DNA of 32,000 nucleotides from Desulfobulbus propionicus DSM 2032 (lineage in GTDB: Bacteria > Desulfobacterota > Desulfobulbia > Desulfobulbales > Desulfobulbaceae): positions 1,140,001 to 1,172,000 of the forward strand of contig NC_014972.1 in assembly GCF_000186885.1 (NCBI RefSeq). Direction: 5' to 3'. Position numbers and translations under genes: made by a program. Positions 1 through 8,929 of the stretch are shown one piece after another (the first letter of the stretch is position 1; the number at the start of each line of letters is the position of its first letter). A model generated the notes under the pieces. That model was given only the letters and a program-made list of their open reading frames with translations. It had not been told where the DNA came from and did no database searches.

Positions 1-233
1 GCGTGGAGCATTTCATGGACCACAGATGTGGTAAATATTTCCTCGAAAGAAATTTCATTTGTTTTATCTGCACAGGCGTTTACCATCGCTTCAATATTTA
101 CAACAATCTTCGCCTCTGGTTCCGCTACAGATCCAGATAGATATCCAGCAAATGCAGGTATTTCGTTATTGGGCTTAATGCTAAATTTAATTTCCAGCAT
201 AACAAGGTCGCTCCAGCCGACACCGGGAATCAT
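1..233 (-). CDS. Left-edge-truncated ORF with a HExxH-type zincin motif (…FTTSVVHEMLHA…)
   Basis: Reverse strand reads MIPGVGWSDLVMLEIKFSIKPNNEIPAFAGYLSGSVAEPEAKIVVNIEAMVNACADKTNEISFEEIFTTSVVHEMLH… and runs off the window. It is open throughout and carries a metallopeptidase-like HEMLH motif. It is not in the supplied ORF track. Confidence 0.5.
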   Translation of the reverse strand, partial: MIPGVGWSDLVMLEIKFSIKPNNEIPAFAGYLSGSVAEPEAKIVVNIEAMVNACADKTNEISFEEIFTTSVVHEMLH

Positions 234-327
234 CGCTCATCTTATCGGTATCTCAGCGGCCCGGTGCGGCTGATCTTGGCGTTAGATTTCCCAAGAAAGC
301 ATTACCTGAACAATAAATAAAGGATAA

Positions 328-1845
328 ATGATGTCATTCGCAAGGCCGTCAGAATCAATACAAATGAGCCTATTTCCTCAATCAAAACCGGCAACTAAGA
401 GCGCTGATCTTGATGTTCCTAAAACTTATACCGGCTTGGCAGGTTTTCATAAATATTGGGGAAAGAAACCGATTGAAAGCTTGTGTTATCTTGTTGAAAA
501 ATGCACCAAAGAAGAAGATGTCGTGATGGACCCTTTTCTCGGCTCTGGTTTAATATCGCTGGAGTGCGTACTTCGAAATAGACGTTTTGTCGGTATTGAT
601 ATTAATCCGTTTTCAATCGAACATGCATCATTCCTACTCGATTTACCTACAAGTCAGGAATACTATCAGGCTTTGATAGAAATCGAAAATTCTGTTGCTG
701 AAAAAATCAGAAATACTTATCTGACTTCGGAAGGAAAAATTGCATCGCACTATCTTTGGGAAGGGGATCAAATCGTCTCTGTATGGATTAAACCTGAAAC
801 AGGGCGAAGCCGAATTGAACTAGTGCCGTCTGCGCTAGACTTAAATTCCTTTTCCACATACAAAGATTACAAGCCGTTACATTTCAGAAATCTCAGATTT
901 TTCACTAACTCTAGGATTAACGTAAAGCCGACTATGACTGTCAGTGATGTTTTTACTGGGCGGGCGATGCGAAATATCGATTTACTCATTGAATCATTTG
1001 CCAATTATCCAGCGCACTTGAAACGTGCGCTGCTTCTCACATTAACATCTTCGGCTGGTCAGATGTCCAACATGGTCTTTGCCATAAAAAATCGGAGTGC
1101 AGGGAAGAGAAATGGTAACGGCGACAAAATAGAAGTTGGTAGTTGGGTTATTGGGTTTTGGTTGCCGGATACACATTTTGAAATAAACGTATGGAATTGT
1201 TTTAAAAATCGTGCGAATAAACTTCTGAAGGCGTTGCCAGCGGAAAGGAAATACTATGCAGTTTCGAACGACGCAGCATCTGTTGAGAATCTTGGAAATG
1301 ATGCATGGCTTATAAATTCTGACTGTAGGTCAGCATTGAAAGAAATTCCGCCAGAGTCAGTAGCATTCGTTTGTACTGACCCGCCACATAGTGATCGTAT
1401 ACCTTATCTTGAATTGAGTGAGCTATGGAATTCCTTGTTGGGATATTCCGTTGATTTTGACAGTGAAATTGTTGTTTCGAATGCAAAAGAACGTAATAAA
1501 TCAAAAATTAACTACAATTCGGAGATGACCGAATTCTTCTTGGAAATATCAAGGGTTCTTAAACCAAATGGTTACATAGCATTGTACTTCAATGCTCGTG
1601 ACGAGGAAAGCTGGCAATACTTGAAAAACATCGAAAAGATATCTGGCACATTAAACTTTATTGGATGTTTTCCAATGACGTACTCAGCTACCTCCGTTGT
1701 GCAAGATAATCGGAAAGGGGCCATGAAGAACGACTACATCATTATTTATCAGAAGGGGCAACCCTACACTGGACATCCCTTGACGAGTGCTTTTGTACAC
1801 CTTCCTGGATGGTCGTCTCAATTCCCAGCAAATAAAGGAGAGTAA
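328..1845 (+). CDS. DNA methyltransferase (N4C/N6A-type, SAM-dependent), likely modification subunit of a Type II R-M system
   Basis: FHKYWGKKP; motif I-like VMDPFLGSGLISLECVLRNRRFVGIDINPFS; motif IV-like CTDPPHSDRIPYLELSELWN. The two motifs sit in the expected order. Confidence 0.85.
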   Translation: MMSFARPSESIQMSLFPQSKPATKSADLDVPKTYTGLAGFHKYWGKKPIESLCYLVEKCTKEEDVVMDPFLGSGLISLECVLRNRRFVGIDINPFSIEHASFLLDLPTSQEYYQALIEIENSVAEKIRNTYLTSEGKIASHYLWEGDQIVSVWIKPETGRSRIELVPSALDLNSFSTYKDYKPLHFRNLRFFTNSRINVKPTMTVSDVFTGRAMRNIDLLIESFANYPAHLKRALLLTLTSSAGQMSNMVFAIKNRSAGKRNGNGDKIEVGSWVIGFWLPDTHFEINVWNCFKNRANKLLKALPAERKYYAVSNDAASVENLGNDAWLINSDCRSALKEIPPESVAFVCTDPPHSDRIPYLELSELWNSLLGYSVDFDSEIVVSNAKERNKSKINYNSEMTEFFLEISRVLKPNGYIALYFNARDEESWQYLKNIEKISGTLNFIGCFPMTYSATSVVQDNRKGAMKNDYIIIYQKGQPYTGHPLTSAFVHLPGWSSQFPANKGE

Positions 1846-1851
1846 GTCAAA

Positions 1852-2958
1852 GTGAAAGACTTCAACTATTGGAAGAAATTACACGAAAGTGAGAAATTAG
1901 AAGAGTTTAGCACAGATGAGCTAGGGCTTCTTTGGCTCAAAGTAAAATGTATTGTTAGAAAAGAACTGATTTCAGAGTTTCTCACAGCGAATAATATTGA
2001 ACTGAATGAAACGTCATTAAATGGGCAATTTGTTGAATTATACGCTTTGCTTGTAAAAAATCCAAAGGAATCACACAGGATATTGAATGAATACATAGAG
2101 GCGACAAATAAAAGCATTTTGGAGGCATTGGACACCAAAAAACTTGTTTCAGAGTTATACAAACTCAAATCATTTGATTGGGGTGGTGATTACCAAAATT
2201 CTCTAGATAAATATTTAGTAAGCCGTTATGTCAAGGTGATCCAATCTTATGACATACTTGTGTCAAAATTTGAAACAGAGATTAGCACGGCAGTTCAGGG
2301 ATACGTTCTTAATAGCTGGTACAACCACTGGTCTAGTATTCTTATTGAACATATTTTTAAATCAAATAATGCGGTGCTGCCAACTGTTGGCCAAATAAAG
2401 CATGTTGATTTTTTTATAGGCAATGTACCTTTTGACCTTAAGGTAACATATTTGCCAGCAGAATATCTAAAATCTAAAAGAAAAGAAAAAGGATATCCTG
2501 TTGAACTTACTTATTTGAAAGCGCAAGCGAAAAGTCTTGGAATTGATTTTGACAAGAAGGCAAATCCTGCCGATATATACTATGAAATTGTTGAAAAATT
2601 TAAAGACAAGGGCACAAAAGAATGTTTACTCGTAATCGAAACTTTGAAAAAAGAGAAATTGGAGATTCTCAACGAAGCAATAGCCAACCCAAAAGGTCTA
2701 GCAAAATGGCTATATGAAAATCAGGGCGAAATGCGTTTCGGGTCAGAAAACAGACTTTTTCTTGTGCTTGTCGATACAGATGATTTCACAGGGTCTTGGA
2801 AATTGAAGCGTAACATGGATTTGTTAAAGCCAGTAATTGAAGGCTACATTAATGATTTTCCCAAGAAAAAAACTTCAGACTTGAAAATTGAGTTTAAATA
2901 TAAAGGCAAACCACAGACATTCACAGCATTAACTGATGTCATATTTGTTATCAAATAG
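1852..2958 (+). CDS. Putative restriction endonuclease (PD-(D/E)XK-like), partner of the upstream MTase
   Basis: GTG start with an upstream GGAG-like RBS, 6 nt after the MTase stop. HVDFFIGNVPFDLKVTYLPAEYL resembles a D…(E/D)xK nuclease core. Both genes share the low-GC composition. Confidence 0.7.
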   Translation: MKDFNYWKKLHESEKLEEFSTDELGLLWLKVKCIVRKELISEFLTANNIELNETSLNGQFVELYALLVKNPKESHRILNEYIEATNKSILEALDTKKLVSELYKLKSFDWGGDYQNSLDKYLVSRYVKVIQSYDILVSKFETEISTAVQGYVLNSWYNHWSSILIEHIFKSNNAVLPTVGQIKHVDFFIGNVPFDLKVTYLPAEYLKSKRKEKGYPVELTYLKAQAKSLGIDFDKKANPADIYYEIVEKFKDKGTKECLLVIETLKKEKLEILNEAIANPKGLAKWLYENQGEMRFGSENRLFLVLVDTDDFTGSWKLKRNMDLLKPVIEGYINDFPKKKTSDLKIEFKYKGKPQTFTALTDVIFVIK

Positions 2959-3081
2959 GGCTCGGATGAATTATAAATCATAATCTAACAACCGCATCAA
3001 CGCCGACGCCGGGAAGCTGGCCGAGGCGCTACGGAGGAAGGTTGTTGGCCGGCGCGGGTTATGCGGAACGTTGGGCCTTTT

Positions 3082-3299
3082 TCACGATCGTTCCCACGCT
3101 CCAGCGTGGGAATGCCACCCTGGACGCTCCAGCGTCCCGATGTGTTCAGCGTCCTATGTGAGCATTTCCCCCCCCAAAAAAACCGCCAGCTCGGGCAGGT
3201 CTCTGTATCCGCACCGCTGGCCACGCGCTTTCTCCGTCGACTCGCCTACGCGGGCGCGTCTTGCCGGAACGCCCACGCTGGAGCATGGGCGCGATCAAC
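3082..3299. repeat. GC-rich palindromic repeat unit A (arms GATCGTTCCCACGCTCCAGCGT / ACGCTGGAGC…)
   Basis: cgatcgttcccacgctccagcgtgggaatgccaccctggacgctccagcgtcccgatgtgttcag … ggaacgcccacgctggagcatgggcgcgatcaac. Inverted ends matching unit B at 4567-4799. Confidence 0.6.
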
Positions 3300-3467
3300 C
3301 CTTGCCCTTCGGAATAAAAAGTTCCCCGTCATGCCGCATCCTGTGTAATTGTTCGCTTGCAAAAGAATAACGCATGAATATGTTTAAATCATTTCGTGTT
3401 GTCGATGGAAAGTGGACAGAAATGCGCAACATCCTTGTTCGATCCAAACCGAGAAAAGGAGGTGACC

Positions 3468-4010
3468 ATGCAGTGGAAAACAGAAGATGGTGGGTGGAGC
3501 CCGTATCTGGCCGGGGCATTGGTGGGGGTGTTAGCTATCGTTTCGGTGTATGCGACGACCCTATGGATGGGCAAGACCAATTATCTGGGCGCATCGACCA
3601 CCTTTGTGCGTGCCGCTGGGCTTCTTGAACGGACAGTTGCTCCGGATCGAGTGGCTGCCAACGAATACTTCACCAAGGAAAAAGTGCGGGTGGACTGGCA
3701 ATTCATGGTTGTTGCCGGCATCTTTTTGGGCGCCTTGATCGGTTCCGCAACCGACAAGAGCTTTAAACTGGAACATGTGCCGCCGACCTGGGAAAAACGG
3801 TTTGGACCGTCGATCGCAAAACGTGGCGCCGCCGCCTTTTTGGGCGGGATCGTCGCCATGTTGGGGGCCCGCATGGCCGATGGCTGTCCCAGTGGCCACG
3901 GTCTGAGCGGCATGATGCAGTTGTCGGTCAGCTCGTTCATCGCGCTGGCCATGTTCTTCGGCGTTGGGGTTGTCGTGGCCGGACTTATCTACAGGAGGCG
4001 AGCGTCATGA
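3468..4010 (+). CDS. YeeE/YedE family membrane protein (N-terminal half type), putative sulfur/thiosulfate uptake
   Basis: ATG preceded by AAAAGGAGGTGACC, in frame with the 3396-4010 ORF. Multi-TM protein with MADGCPSGHGLSGMMQLS motif. Confidence 0.8.
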   Translation: MQWKTEDGGWSPYLAGALVGVLAIVSVYATTLWMGKTNYLGASTTFVRAAGLLERTVAPDRVAANEYFTKEKVRVDWQFMVVAGIFLGALIGSATDKSFKLEHVPPTWEKRFGPSIAKRGAAAFLGGIVAMLGARMADGCPSGHGLSGMMQLSVSSFIALAMFFGVGVVVAGLIYRRRAS

Positions 4011-4537
4011 GCATCGATCAGGTTCTGGGGCTGGTGACAGGGGTATTGTTCGGGTTTCTGCTGCAAAAAGGGCGTGTGCTGCGTTTTGATAAGCAGGTTG
4101 GCGCCATGCTGTTGCAGGACATGACCATCTTCAAATTCATGCTGTCCGCCATCCTGGTCGGCATGGTGGGCATTCAACTGCTTGCCGGTGCGGGAATCAT
4201 TGCCTTGAGCCACAAGGCCATGAACCTCGGCGCCGTGGTGGTTGGTGGCGCCCTGTTCGGCTGCGGCTGGGCAGTGATGGGGTTCTGTCCCGGCACCTCC
4301 ATAGGGGCTCTGGGCGAAGGGCGCTGGCATGCGGTGTTCGCCATTGCCGGCATGGTGGCGGGGGCGGCGATCTATGCCGAGCTTTATCCTGTTTTTAAAT
4401 CGACGGTTTTGGCATGGAAAGACTTCGGGAAGATCGGGGTGCCTGACGTCGTGGGCGTTTCTCCCTGGCTGATCATTCCGGTCTTCTGGGCCGGAGTTAT
4501 TGGGGTGTTTGTCTGGTTTGAGCGTAAGAACCTCTGA
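4007..4537 (+). CDS. YeeE/YedE family membrane protein (second half type), putative sulfur/thiosulfate uptake
   Basis: ATGA overlap with the upstream gene. GFCPGTSIGALGEGRWHAVFAIAGMVAGA motif; multi-TM. Confidence 0.8.
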   Translation: MSIDQVLGLVTGVLFGFLLQKGRVLRFDKQVGAMLLQDMTIFKFMLSAILVGMVGIQLLAGAGIIALSHKAMNLGAVVVGGALFGCGWAVMGFCPGTSIGALGEGRWHAVFAIAGMVAGAAIYAELYPVFKSTVLAWKDFGKIGVPDVVGVSPWLIIPVFWAGVIGVFVWFERKNL

Positions 4538-4566
4538 ACATGTAGTGGGATGAACACGGGACTGAC

Positions 4567-4799
4567 GATTGTTCCCACGCTCCAGCGTCCCGTTGTGTTC
4601 AGTGCCCTCTCGGGTGGTTTCCGCCATCCCCCGTTTGTTGGGGAGAATTTGACCCGCTCCTTGTCCGCCAATGCTCGGGTAGGCCGCTGTGGCCGCCTTT
4701 GCAGTGCTGCCCCCTAGGCCATGCATTTGCTTCGCCAACTCGTCGACGCTGGAGCGTCCTGGCTGCGTTCCCACGCTGGAGCGTGGGAACGATCAACGA
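4567..4799. repeat. Palindromic repeat unit B with long terminal inverted repeats
   Basis: Starts cgattgttcccacgctccagcgtcccg and ends cgacgctggagcgtcctggctgcgttcccacgctggagcgtgggaacgatcaac. Related to unit A. Confidence 0.65.
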
Positions 4800-4815
4800 C
4801 CAGATCCCATAAATA

Positions 4816-4847
4816 CAAAAAGCACCTGACCAATGCTGATCAGGTGC
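4816..4847 (-). terminator. Rho-independent terminator downstream of the displaced hisF 3' fragment
   Basis: Minus strand GCACCTGA-TCAGCATTGG-TCAGGTGC followed by TTTTT. Confidence 0.7.
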
Positions 4848-4877
4848 CTCGTTTGGGGGTGGGGCGAGAGGCGAGCG

Positions 4878-5229
4878 TTACGCCGGCCTGATCTCGACCT
4901 TATCCTGCAAATACCGCTTCACCTCGCCAATCGGCACCTCCTTGCGGTGGAAGATGCCGGCGGCCAGGGCGGCCTCGGCCCGGGTGCGGGTGAAGACTTC
5001 CAGGAAGTGGTCGGCACAGCCCGCCCCACTGGAGGCAATAACCGGGATGGTCACCGCCGAACGCACCGCGTTGATCAGTTCCAGGTCAAAACCCGAGTTG
5101 GTGCCGTCCTTATCAATGCAATTCAGCAGAATCTCCCCAGCTCCCAGTTGCTCGCAGACCTGGGCCAGGGTGACCGCGTCCACCGGTCGTCCCTCGCGAC
5201 CGCCCTTGACGGTGCACTGGTACCAGCAG
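4878..5229 (-). pseudogene. hisF: Displaced C-terminal fragment of hisF (imidazole glycerol phosphate synthase cyclase subunit)
   Basis: [75 protein letters not shown]… matches the C-terminus of the intact protein at 14020-15594 with ~12 differences over 112 residues by eye. It ends upstream at the shared 27-bp core. The ORF runs artificially into element DNA to 5312. Confidence 0.9.
5203..5229. repeat. Left attachment-core-like direct repeat (27 bp)
   Basis: cccttgacggtgcactggtaccagcag, identical to 14346-14372. Sequences diverge immediately outside: tttaggg vs aagcgctc. Confidence 0.8.
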
Positions 5230-5413
5230 TTTAGGGAACGCGCTTCTTGTTTTTTAGTGGTTTCAATGTGTTGCGGGTGAGTTTTCTGTTTTGCCGTCCC
5301 ACCACCCAGCAACTTCCCAACCCGTCAAAGTGTGCGTCTCGGCTGACCCAAAGGCGAAGATTTCTTGCCTCAGCCGGGTCTCGAATCCCCACCCACTCAT
5401 CACCCAACCCAGC

Positions 5414-6595
5414 TCACGCCGGTGTTTTCTCCGCCGCTGCCGGTAGCCAGGGCACGTTTGATGCCGCCGCGTCCACAGCCGCCAGTAGAGTTTCCTGGCT
5501 GAGGTGTGCATATCGCTGGGTGGTTTTCAGCTGACTATGCCCAAGCACCTTGGCCACCTCGTAGATCGACCTGCCGGAGTTGACCATATTCGAGGCCATA
5601 CTATGCCGGAGATCATGCATCCGCACATCGGGCAACCCTGCAGCTTTACGGGCGTTATCCCAAGCTCGGTGCATCTGGACAAAGGGAAGCCTAGTGTCCG
5701 GATTGGGAATGACATAGGGGCATCCTTCCCACCGGGGGAGCTGACGCAGGATCTCCAAGGCTGATAGCGACAGAGGAACATGCCTGGCTTTCCCGGATTT
5801 GGACATAGGGATGCGCCAACTCCGTCGCTCCAGGTCGAACTCTTCCCATCGACTATCGAGCAGTTCCCGTTTCCGGCAACCGAGCAGCAGGAGCAGGGGG
5901 GCTATGTATTTGAGTTGGGTGTTCTTGCTTTTCTCCAGTTGCTCAAGGAGGCGTTGGGTTTCTTCGATCGAGAGATAGCGCTCCCTGGCCGTTGCCTCAT
6001 ACAGCTTTACATCTACAGCCGGGTTGACCTTGACGTCCGGTACTTCCCATTTGATTGCCAGATTGAAAATGTATTTAAGCAGGACCAAGACCCGGTTGGC
6101 CATACCCGATGCAAAACCATTAGCTCTCATTCCGTGATGCAGGTCGGCAACCATAATCTGAGTGATCTCATTCATGCGATACGTGCCAAGAGGAGGGAGG
6201 AGATGATTTCGGAGCAGGGAATCATCGTTCTTCCAACTGCGCTTGTATCCCTTAATGAAGGGGATATAACGCTCACTGCAGAACTCAGCTAGGGTGGGGA
6301 CGTCTTTCTTGCTCTTTCGTTGTTCAGCGGGGCTATCTCCCAGGACAACTTGAGAGCGCAACACCTTAGCGGCATTCCGGGCCTTGTCGAAGGTGATGGA
6401 CTTGGCATCTCCGATTTTATGCTGGATCTGCCTTCCATGCTGATCTTTATACCGAAGAGCATAGGTCTTGCCACCGGTGGACCGGACTTCGACAATGAAG
6501 CCAGTAATGGTGGAGTCATAGTAGTTATCTTTCTTCTTACCTTCAGTGCAGACAGCATTACGGACAAATTCTGCGGATAGTTTGACTACAGGCAT
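5414..6595 (-). CDS. Tyrosine recombinase / phage-type integrase (P4 integrase-like)
   Basis: Start MPVVKLSAEF preceded by AGGAGG on the minus strand. Arm-binding-like N-terminus; catalytic motifs LLLLLGCRKRELLDSRWEEFDL, MHDLRHSMASNM and VLGHSQLKTTQRYAHL. Confidence 0.93.
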   Translation of the reverse strand: MPVVKLSAEFVRNAVCTEGKKKDNYYDSTITGFIVEVRSTGGKTYALRYKDQHGRQIQHKIGDAKSITFDKARNAAKVLRSQVVLGDSPAEQRKSKKDVPTLAEFCSERYIPFIKGYKRSWKNDDSLLRNHLLPPLGTYRMNEITQIMVADLHHGMRANGFASGMANRVLVLLKYIFNLAIKWEVPDVKVNPAVDVKLYEATARERYLSIEETQRLLEQLEKSKNTQLKYIAPLLLLLGCRKRELLDSRWEEFDLERRSWRIPMSKSGKARHVPLSLSALEILRQLPRWEGCPYVIPNPDTRLPFVQMHRAWDNARKAAGLPDVRMHDLRHSMASNMVNSGRSIYEVAKVLGHSQLKTTQRYAHLSQETLLAAVDAAASNVPWLPAAAEKTPA

Positions 6596-6952
6596 TTGAT
6601 ACCTCCTGTTTTGGATGATAATGGAAAAAGGATGACAGTGACCTGTGCTGCCGGAGTGGGGGCAGGGGAGCGGTCGCTGCCACCGGAGGGGGGGAGCGAG
6701 TGGGCACCCAGCGGGACCGGAGAGCAGCGTTTCGGGGGCGGTCATGGCCCAGGGTATGCGCCGGGGTGAGCGCCCGAGAGCGGGGCGACTCGGGGGGTAC
6801 TGGAGGGGGGGCTGGAAGTGGGAAAAGTGGGGAAATTGCCCCAGCTCCCCTGGCTCCAATAGAAAAGTGGGGGAGGGTGCCCCATACCGCTTCACAACAC
6901 CACCCTCCCCAGCTTGAAAAATCCACTTTATCCACTACTCTTGCGAGTGGCG

Positions 6953-8599
6953 TTACTGCTCGATAGATGTGACCTTGGGAACCGGCTTAAAAGCTACACC
7001 TCGAAAGATCTCGTAGCCGTCGAGAGAAGTGTGTGTGACACCGAGGCCAATGTTATGCGACAGGAGTTCTTTGACCCGGCCTTTTGAAAAAGGATGGCGC
7101 CCATTATCCTTGCACCATTCCTTGTATGCTGCGTAGAATTCTGCACGTCGAACCTTGTGTTCGTCACCCCGGATGCACTCTTCGTGGATGAATTCTAAGA
7201 GAGAATTAGCGGTGAGGCGCCATTTCTCCATCAGTCGATCATGAGCCTTCGAATTTGAGAACTTGCCGTTCTCTAAAAGCCGTTTAGCGCCTTCCAGTGC
7301 CCAGTGCGCAATACCAGAGAGCTCTTTCTGGATGATGCGATCGGCAATGCCTGGATCGATCGGCAACCCTGTACGTAAGCGACTATTGGGAAACTCAATG
7401 ATCAGCCAACGGCAAAAAAAAGCCTCACTGTGATCGTTGGTGGTGATGAGGTGGTTCGACATAAATAAATGAGCCGCCTCGTTTTTAAAAGTGAAAGGCC
7501 GTTGGCCTGGATGTCGTCCGGCAACCAAGTCTCCACCGGTGACCGTTTTGAACTCGGCAGACGGAATGGGCTTGGAATCTGGCAACTCACCAACCGAATT
7601 AAGCCGCTTGCCTGCCAATGAGGCCAGATAGTATTCGCCGTTCCATTTGAAGGGCGACACCGCTGAAACGAACTCCCCTGGAATCAGATTGGTTATGATT
7701 CTCTCCATGGTACCCTTTCCAGCGCGGCCGAATGGATCATAGAACAAAATAGCCTTCTGAAATTGCGCCATAAGGCCGAGAATGATGGCTCCAAAAATCT
7801 CCTGAAGGAGAGTCACTTGTTGTTCTTCGTCGCCCGGTTCACTGGATTTGAAAGTATCATGCAGAAAAATGTCAAATAGAGGTGTTTTCTGCTGCTGCGG
7901 AGTAACATCGACCATCACACGCTGCCGATGTGGGGCGGTTAGAGCTTCAACACATATCTGGTGATCTTTGAGATGGTGGAAGCCGTTGGCACAGGCCAAC
8001 CCAACCGGTACATTCGTAAAGAATGTATCGTCCGTGGTGATCATGATCAGGTGATTGGCGATCCCACAGTAGTCCGTACTCCTGGTGCAGTTCTCCTTAC
8101 CGTCATATACTTCGGCGATATGTCGGGTGAGTGTCTCGAACGGGAATTTGATCCAGATGGTTGTCTCTGAATCGAGTACAAAGAGACTGCCCTGATATGC
8201 TACCGGTCGATTACCATCGACAGTCAGTCTATCCGTCATGTCGGTGGCATAACCGTGATGGGTCTGGGCAAGGTCCTCGTTCTTGGTGGCAGTTGCTTTG
8301 ATGGCCTTATCAAGGCTGACTACGGAGATATCCTTGTTGGCCTTTAACTCAGCACGGATACGAGCAAACTCTGCCGGATCATGCTTGTTGATGAAAGCAA
8401 GAGTTTCGACAGCTTCTGGTTCAAAAGGAGCTCCGCAATCGTTTGCCGCCCTTTCGACAAGACGTTTTGCTTCTTCCTTGGCGTGAGTCAATTTGCATTG
8501 ATCGCTTTCCTGATCAATGAGCTGCAGGGTGGTTCCCATTTCACTGTCAGGTGATGCAGCGGTCGAAAGCTTAAGTTCCTGATTTTCTTTTTGTTGCAT
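6953..8599 (-). CDS. P4/D5-family helicase-primase-like replication protein
   Basis: Walker A-like FYDPFGRAGKGTMERI; D5/P4 context (GELPDSKPIPSAEFKTVTGGDLVAGRHPGQRPFTFKNEAAHLFMSNHL…RWLIIEFP). Adjacent to the integrase. Confidence 0.85.
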   Translation of the reverse strand: MQQKENQELKLSTAASPDSEMGTTLQLIDQESDQCKLTHAKEEAKRLVERAANDCGAPFEPEAVETLAFINKHDPAEFARIRAELKANKDISVVSLDKAIKATATKNEDLAQTHHGYATDMTDRLTVDGNRPVAYQGSLFVLDSETTIWIKFPFETLTRHIAEVYDGKENCTRSTDYCGIANHLIMITTDDTFFTNVPVGLACANGFHHLKDHQICVEALTAPHRQRVMVDVTPQQQKTPLFDIFLHDTFKSSEPGDEEQQVTLLQEIFGAIILGLMAQFQKAILFYDPFGRAGKGTMERIITNLIPGEFVSAVSPFKWNGEYYLASLAGKRLNSVGELPDSKPIPSAEFKTVTGGDLVAGRHPGQRPFTFKNEAAHLFMSNHLITTNDHSEAFFCRWLIIEFPNSRLRTGLPIDPGIADRIIQKELSGIAHWALEGAKRLLENGKFSNSKAHDRLMEKWRLTANSLLEFIHEECIRGDEHKVRRAEFYAAYKEWCKDNGRHPFSKGRVKELLSHNIGLGVTHTSLDGYEIFRGVAFKPVPKVTSIEQ

Positions 8600-8874
8600 A
8601 GTTGATTTCTCATCATAAGAAGTTCCCCGGTAGTACTGCTGTTAATCTGAGCCGTTGTCATGATGACCTCGACCGGTTCCGGTAAACACTCCGGAACTCG
8701 TGCCCCTTGGCTTACGAATTCTCGACTGACGCATAAATATGCGTAAATGTGATTTTGTTATTTCTTGTTACGGTTTTCTTTCTTTTTTGATCACCTCCTT
8801 GAAAGTGTGAAACTTGCATTTTTGTGAGCAGCCCGTCCCCCGTCCTGAAAATCCACTTTGACTGTGGAAGGCGC

Positions 8875-8891
8875 GTTAGCTATTAGCTAAC
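8875..8891. repeat. Perfect inverted repeat GTTAGCT-ATT-AGCTAAC
   Basis: Read directly; 7-bp arms, 3-nt spacer. Confidence 0.8.
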
Positions 8892-8898
8892 AGAAACC

Positions 8899-8929
8899 TT
8901 CCAAGTCCAACTTGCTGTTGGACTTGGAA
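8899..8929. repeat. Perfect 13-bp inverted repeat/hairpin TTCCAAGTCCAAC-TTGCT-GTTGGACTTGGAA
   Basis: Read directly; in the non-coding region upstream of the replication gene. Confidence 0.85.

Noticed and set aside
2997-3224. Minus-strand and plus-strand ORFs between the R-M pair and YeeE genes
   Set aside because: Overlap palindromic repeat unit A and have no recognisable domain. A possible eroded gene remnant (…NADAGKLAEALRRKVVGR…) is too short to support.
3989-4774. 261-aa minus-strand ORF across the YeeE gene and repeat unit B
   Set aside because: Low-complexity composition, overlaps a well-supported membrane protein gene and a palindromic repeat.
4878-5312. Treating the 144-aa ORF as a functional standalone HisF-like gene
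   Set aside because: Only residues encoded by 4878-5229 match HisF. The N-terminal residues come from element DNA beyond the att core and no cyclase N-terminal half is present.
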